DNA from: Lytechinus pictus
Taxonomy: Eukaryota
Direction: 5' to 3'
Assembly (NCBI RefSeq): GCF_037042905.1
Contig: NC_087245.1
Span: 22,570,001-22,634,000 of the forward strand
Length of the DNA: 64,000 bases
This document shows, in pieces, positions 61,801-64,000 of this stretch. The position numbers and the translations under genes were made by a program. Positions within the stretch are counted from its first letter, which is position 1. Each line of letters opens with the position of its first letter. The notes below the pieces were generated by a model. It saw only the letters and a program-made list of their open reading frames with translations. It made no database searches and was not told where the DNA came from.

Positions 61801-64000
61801 ATTTGAAGAAACAGATAAGCTTTGCATAGAGAATGGCAAAGCGCTTCCTATATCAGTAGAAATCAGAGACGGAGCTGGTAACTTCTCGATGCATCCAAAA
61901 CTCATAGTACAGTGCAAGGTAAGGTGCAGTATAAGCATTGTAGCGTCGTGGTGAAGCGTTCTGACTCTTGCCTTGTAATTAGAGGGTTATGTGTTCGAAT
62001 CCCACCATGGCCTAACGTCCTTTGGCAAGGCTTCAATCCACAATTTGCCACCTTCCACCCAGGTGTTAAATGGGTACGCAGTAGGATGCGAAAGCCTATG
62101 TAGTATGCTTAGCAATTGAGTCTTGGAACTCTTGTTGGAATGCTCCTCAGGGAGTGGAGTAGGTGCATACATTGTATGCGGTCATGTAAGAATGCAATGA
62201 CTTGGGTAATAATACATCTGTGAAGCGCTTAGATACGTCGTTCCGATGTATTAAGCATTATATAAAAGCGGATTATTATTATTTATTTCTGTAATATATA
62301 TCAGATTTAATTCAGATAAAACTATTAGAAAATATGAGAACAAAAATGTTTATCAGTGATATGCATGTAATAACTTTCACTACTAATCAAGATTTTTGCA
62401 TAAAACAGGTGGAGATGATTGGGAATGCTATGCATGTAACTAACATTGACTGACATAAATATTTGACAAGGTCACCTTTGTTGGAATATGATTGCAGAAG
62501 AGAACTAGAAAGTCACAACATGCAACCAAAGTCTATCTCATCCATTTATGACATCAGACATTCCTTTGATTTGCATATTAATTGGAATCCATGACAACCA
62601 AATCCTTTTATTTCTCAGAACACTTAGTAGTATCCTGTATGGTATACCCTAAACTGTCTATGTTACATTGTCAATTACTATTTACATGCGGGCTCTAAGT
62701 TTGATTAAGGTATATATATTATTGTCTGTGACAACTGGTATATTCAGAATTTATTTAGGTAAATTTACAAAAACAAAAACATATACAGGCGATCTCTTAC
62801 CGCACTCTCTTTATTTTATCAGTTTCTTGGTGCAGTTGGATTGCCTACATACACAGCAGACTGCAGTAACTCAGGGAAGGCAACCCTTACCGGCAATCCC
62901 ATCTTCATCAAAAACATCTCCAAGAAATCACAGAAGATCAACGCTAGAATTGAATTACCGGTAAGTTAGAAACTCCAAAACATATCTATTTTAGTTTCAC
63001 GCCAACACCTTTAAAGTAACGTGCACACATCTCCCTCCCCCAAGTACTTGAATAAATGAAATGATTATGATACTACCTGAAGATGAAGAAAACACATGGA
63101 ATATATTTATATCTCATACAATCTCTTATCTTACCCTTGTTCCAGATGACCAATTTCTGACTCATGTTTCTTATTATTTGGGAAGTTTATAGTGATAGAA
63201 ATGCTTATAATATTAGAAACTGAAATATGAACCCATTTATTGTGAGGGGTCACTTGACCCAAAAAACATTTTTAAAAGTGTGAACAAATCACAATAGTCA
63301 AGTATGATTTGATTTTCCCCTCAGCATATGAAAGGAGTCAGCAGTGTGGAGAAGGCTATCATGGTCACACCCAGCACCAGTGCGTGTAAGATCAATGTGT
63401 TCTTCTGTCAACATCAACACATTAACGACCCAAAGAAGAAACCTGTCAAGATGAAACCACAGGAAGAGATCGAGTGGACGGCCGGAGAGAGTACATCGCA
63501 TATTAGTGAGTAGAGAAAACTTTGTAACATCCCTGTAACCCAAAAGCCACATCTTACACCCTCCACTGGACAGGACTTGTGCAGTGACAAAAAAGAAGAA
63601 GATTCAAAGCATACCTGAAAGCTGTGGTTTGAATCTGTACCTTAAGTATGGGTAGACTTGTGTACCAAAACTGCAAAAAAGTTAACTAGACCTGTTTGAT
63701 ATTGGAAATTCGAAGGTTTATTTCCCGTCATTAAAATAACTTTATGAAAATATCTCACTTTTTATTCTCAAAGTTGTATTCCCACTCAGTAAAATATCAT
63801 TTGTGAAGGTATATATTCTGATTACTCTACCTAGTAGAATGACCCGAAAGACTTGATATACCACTTCCCAATTGCACCTGTTAATTGATTGTTATTTCTG
63901 CAGGTTTTGCTCTGTTTGATGAGGGTGACCATCACATGAGGATCACTAAAGAGTTAGCAAACAAGTTCAAATTCAACTGGCTACCTTCTTTCAACCCCTC
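28730..64000 (+). CDS. SMCHD1: Structural maintenance of chromosomes flexible hinge domain-containing protein 1 orthologue, exons 1-24, 3'-partial
   Basis: 24 exons with GT-AG introns and consistent phases (3317 nt, ~1105 codons). Peptides match recalled vertebrate SMCHD1: [115 protein letters not shown]. The SMC hinge domain would lie beyond the window. Confidence 0.96.
29230..30473. mobile_element. Tc1/mariner-like MITE
   Basis: TA flanks; TGATGGGGGGACCTAAAGTTG versus CAGCTTTAGGACCCCCTACCA; repeated TAAAGCTACGCAC. Confidence 0.6.
30798..32771. mobile_element. hAT-related element with 6-bp TSD
   Basis: GTATGT|CAGGGATGCCACT ... AGTGGCATCCCTG|GTATGT. Confidence 0.85.
31091..31917. mobile_element. 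PIF/Harbinger-like MITE
   Basis: TIRs GGGTGGTATTCTGAGATC / GACCTCAAAATACCGCCC; flanks CTG/CGG; many mirrored TTTATCT/AGATAAA subterminal repeats. Confidence 0.7.
36035..36450 (-). pseudogene. Decayed hAT transposase fragment
   Basis: Interrupted peptides [10 protein letters not shown]...[12 protein letters not shown] and [22 protein letters not shown] (hAT CxxH motif). Confidence 0.7.
36679..36757 (+). CDS. SMCHD1: SMCHD1 exon 2
   Basis: atag|[26 protein letters not shown]|gtaagc. Confidence 0.9.
37854..38015 (+). CDS. SMCHD1: SMCHD1 exon 3
   Basis: tttcag|[12 protein letters not shown]...[15 protein letters not shown]|gtaag. Confidence 0.95.
38251..38333 (+). CDS. SMCHD1: SMCHD1 exon 4 (GHKL motif I, ELIDNS)
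   Basis: cacag|[27 protein letters not shown]|gtatgt. Confidence 0.95.
39075..39223 (+). CDS. SMCHD1: SMCHD1 exon 5 (GHKL motif II, DNGKGM)
   Basis: tcag|[38 protein letters not shown]...|gtaac. Confidence 0.93.
39528..40776 (+). mobile_element. hAT-related non-autonomous element, copy A
   Basis: ATGACT|CAGAGCTTCCAA ... TTGGCAGCTCTG|ATGACT (6-bp TSD); short transposase-like N-terminus [23 protein letters not shown]. Confidence 0.85.
41244..42507 (+). mobile_element. hAT-related non-autonomous element, copy B
   Basis: AATTCTG|CAGAGCTTCCAA ... TTGGCAGCTCTG|AATTCTG (7-bp TSD); colinear with copy A with scattered substitutions and indels. Confidence 0.85.
42546..42645 (+). CDS. SMCHD1: SMCHD1 exon 6 (GHKL motif III, FGVGGK)
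   Basis: tacag|[33 protein letters not shown]|gtgagt. Confidence 0.95.
42782..42901 (+). CDS. SMCHD1: SMCHD1 exon 7
   Basis: tacag|[40 protein letters not shown]|gtgagt. Confidence 0.93.
43148..43311 (+). CDS. SMCHD1: SMCHD1 exon 8
   Basis: cttgaag|[33 protein letters not shown]...WSRQLA|gtaagt. Confidence 0.9.
43905..44212 (+). CDS. SMCHD1: SMCHD1 exon 9
   Basis: ccag|[13 protein letters not shown]...[23 protein letters not shown]|gtaagg. Confidence 0.95.
44259..45686. mobile_element. hAT-related element with 5-bp TSD
   Basis: TATAT|CAGGGC ... GCCCTG|TATAT; subterminal GGAGCCC/GGGCTCC repeats at both ends. Confidence 0.7.
45883..46000 (+). CDS. SMCHD1: SMCHD1 exon 10
   Basis: ctttag|[38 protein letters not shown]|gtaagt. 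Confidence 0.93.
46412..46595 (+). CDS. SMCHD1: SMCHD1 exon 11
   Basis: ctag|[40 protein letters not shown]...VVGGQ|gtaag. Confidence 0.95.
46794..46965 (-). mobile_element. SINE (~172 nt) with 7SL/SRP-Alu-domain-like head, B box, Deu/Nin-like core and (AC)n tail
   Basis: Minus strand: CCTGGGCGTTGTGGCGTGCGCCTGTAATCCAAGCTATGCGGGG ... GGTTCGAGCCC ... GTCACGTCTTTCGGATGGTGACGTTAAAGG ... CAAACACACACAC; second copy at 27380-27514. Confidence 0.75.
47067..47650. mobile_element. Kolobok-like MITE
   Basis: TTAA|AGGAGAATGAAAC ... GTTTCATTCTCCT|TTAA with extended imperfect inverted arms. Confidence 0.85.
47850..48044 (+). CDS. SMCHD1: SMCHD1 exon 12
   Basis: tccag|[25 protein letters not shown]...[21 protein letters not shown]|gtatga. 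Confidence 0.92.
48731..48859 (+). CDS. SMCHD1: SMCHD1 exon 13
   Basis: ctag|[23 protein letters not shown]...[11 protein letters not shown]|gtatga. Confidence 0.92.
49183..49289 (+). CDS. SMCHD1: SMCHD1 exon 14
   Basis: gacag|[35 protein letters not shown]|gtaagt. Confidence 0.92.
49550..49632 (+). CDS. SMCHD1: SMCHD1 exon 15
   Basis: cccag|[27 protein letters not shown]|gttagt. Confidence 0.9.
50261..50371 (+). CDS. SMCHD1: SMCHD1 exon 16
   Basis: taaag|[36 protein letters not shown]|gtgagt. Confidence 0.92.
50968..51045 (+). CDS. SMCHD1: SMCHD1 exon 17
   Basis: tacag|[25 protein letters not shown]|gtaag. Confidence 0.9.
51383..51502 (+). CDS. SMCHD1: SMCHD1 exon 18
   Basis: ctttag|[39 protein letters not shown]|gtgagt. 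Confidence 0.92.
51565..52451 (+). mobile_element. Internally deleted hAT-related element with frameshifted transposase N-terminus
   Basis: GTATAG|CAGAGATGCCAAC ... GTTGGCATCTCTG|GTATAG (6-bp TSD); 51847-52190 encodes MAENQQ...[22 protein letters not shown] / VGSKRH...[18 protein letters not shown] (zinc finger plus hAT N-terminal motif). Confidence 0.88.
52710..54003 (+). mobile_element. Helentron-associated (HINE/DINE-1-type) element with internal tandem array
   Basis: T-run then GTCTCACCTGCAT (52715), inner inverted GTGAGAC, short (CGG)n, about 7 tandem units (CTGAACATC at 52879, 53071, 53263, 53426, 53588, 53741, 53904), 3' subterminal ATGCAGGTGAGAC (53969-53981), ends in T-rich site. 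Confidence 0.75.
54081..55099 (-). mobile_element. hAT-Charlie/Buster-like deletion derivative
   Basis: 8-bp TSD CTTTAGAC; TIRs CAGGGGTTCTCAAACT / AGTTTGAGAACCCCTA; minus-strand remnant [19 protein letters not shown]...[25 protein letters not shown] (hAT dimerisation domain). Confidence 0.88.
54612..54747. mobile_element. Small nested MITE with 5-bp TSD
   Basis: TCAAG|CAGGGGCCGCGGAA ... TTCCACAGCCCCTG|TCAAG; splits the Charlie-like transposase remnant. Confidence 0.8.
55285..55429 (+). CDS. SMCHD1: SMCHD1 exon 19
   Basis: aacag|[33 protein letters not shown]...KPILEA|gtatac. Confidence 0.92.
55753..55925 (+). CDS. SMCHD1: SMCHD1 exon 20
   Basis: ctttag|[13 protein letters not shown]...[27 protein letters not shown]|gtaag. 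Confidence 0.92.
57820..60420 (-). pseudogene. Fossil ZNF862-like hAT transposase, fragmented
   Basis: Minus-strand pieces in the expected order: [38 protein letters not shown] (~60360-60240), [15 protein letters not shown] (~58640), [53 protein letters not shown] (~57940-57840); stops and frameshifts present. Confidence 0.75.
59066..60101. mobile_element. pogo/Tigger-like MITE
   Basis: TA|CCATAAGTAATGGTGTATTAACCGCACC ... GGTGCGGTTAATACACCGTTACTTACGG|TA. Confidence 0.85.
60946..61639. mobile_element. PIF/Harbinger-like MITE
   Basis: ATT|GGGCTGTATGCATAAA ... TTTATGCATACGGCCC|ATT (3-bp TSD); many palindromic AAGCAATTGCTT subterminal repeats. Confidence 0.8.
61773..61918 (+). CDS. SMCHD1: SMCHD1 exon 21
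   Basis: ctttag|[48 protein letters not shown]|gtaagg. Confidence 0.92.
61940..62288 (+). mobile_element. tRNA-derived SINE with L2-type tail
   Basis: A-box-like GTCGTGGTGAAGCG, B box GTTCGAATCCC (61993-62003), core CCACCCAGGTGTTAAATGGGTAC, tail TGTGAAGCGCTTAGA...TATATAAAAGCGGA(TTA)n. Confidence 0.8.
62823..62960 (+). CDS. SMCHD1: SMCHD1 exon 22
   Basis: tatcag|[46 protein letters not shown]|gtaagt. Confidence 0.92.
63325..63505 (+). CDS. SMCHD1: SMCHD1 exon 23
   Basis: ctcag|[27 protein letters not shown]...[15 protein letters not shown]|gtgagt. Confidence 0.9.
63904..64000 (+). CDS. SMCHD1: SMCHD1 exon 24 (runs off the window)
   Basis: ctgcag|[31 protein letters not shown]..., similar to recalled vertebrate [27 protein letters not shown]. 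Confidence 0.88.

Noticed and set aside
61940..62010. Functional tRNA gene
   Set aside because: Degenerate A box and stems, and it continues into SINE core and tail sequence.

Overview
AT-rich, intron-rich animal genomic DNA; the repeat families suggest a sea urchin or related echinoderm (inference). Two divergently transcribed spliced genes were reconstructed by hand with GT-AG boundaries and consistent phases. (1) A complete 5-exon THEG/SPMAP2-family sperm microtubule protein gene on the minus strand (11918->7324, 258 aa), with X-box-like motifs upstream and a long hairpin in its 3' UTR. (2) The first 24 exons (~1105 codons) of an SMCHD1 orthologue on the plus strand (28730->past 64000), covering the UBL, GHKL ATPase, transducer and Ig-like linker regions. 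Introns and the 16.8-kb intergenic region are filled with nested non-autonomous DNA transposons (hAT-like with 5, 6, 7 and 8 bp TSDs, Kolobok-like, Tc1/pogo-like, Harbinger-like, CACTA-like), a Helentron-type satellite-carrying element, an RTE-X-like LINE fragment, transposase fossils and SINEs. The most striking signal is a short SINE (two copies) whose head resembles the Alu domain of 7SL/SRP RNA, fused to a B box, a Deu/Nin-like core and an (AC)n tail: a candidate independent origin of a 7SL-derived SINE. A near-perfect inverted repeat with 368-bp arms is also present. No database searches were possible; family names come from recalled motifs.
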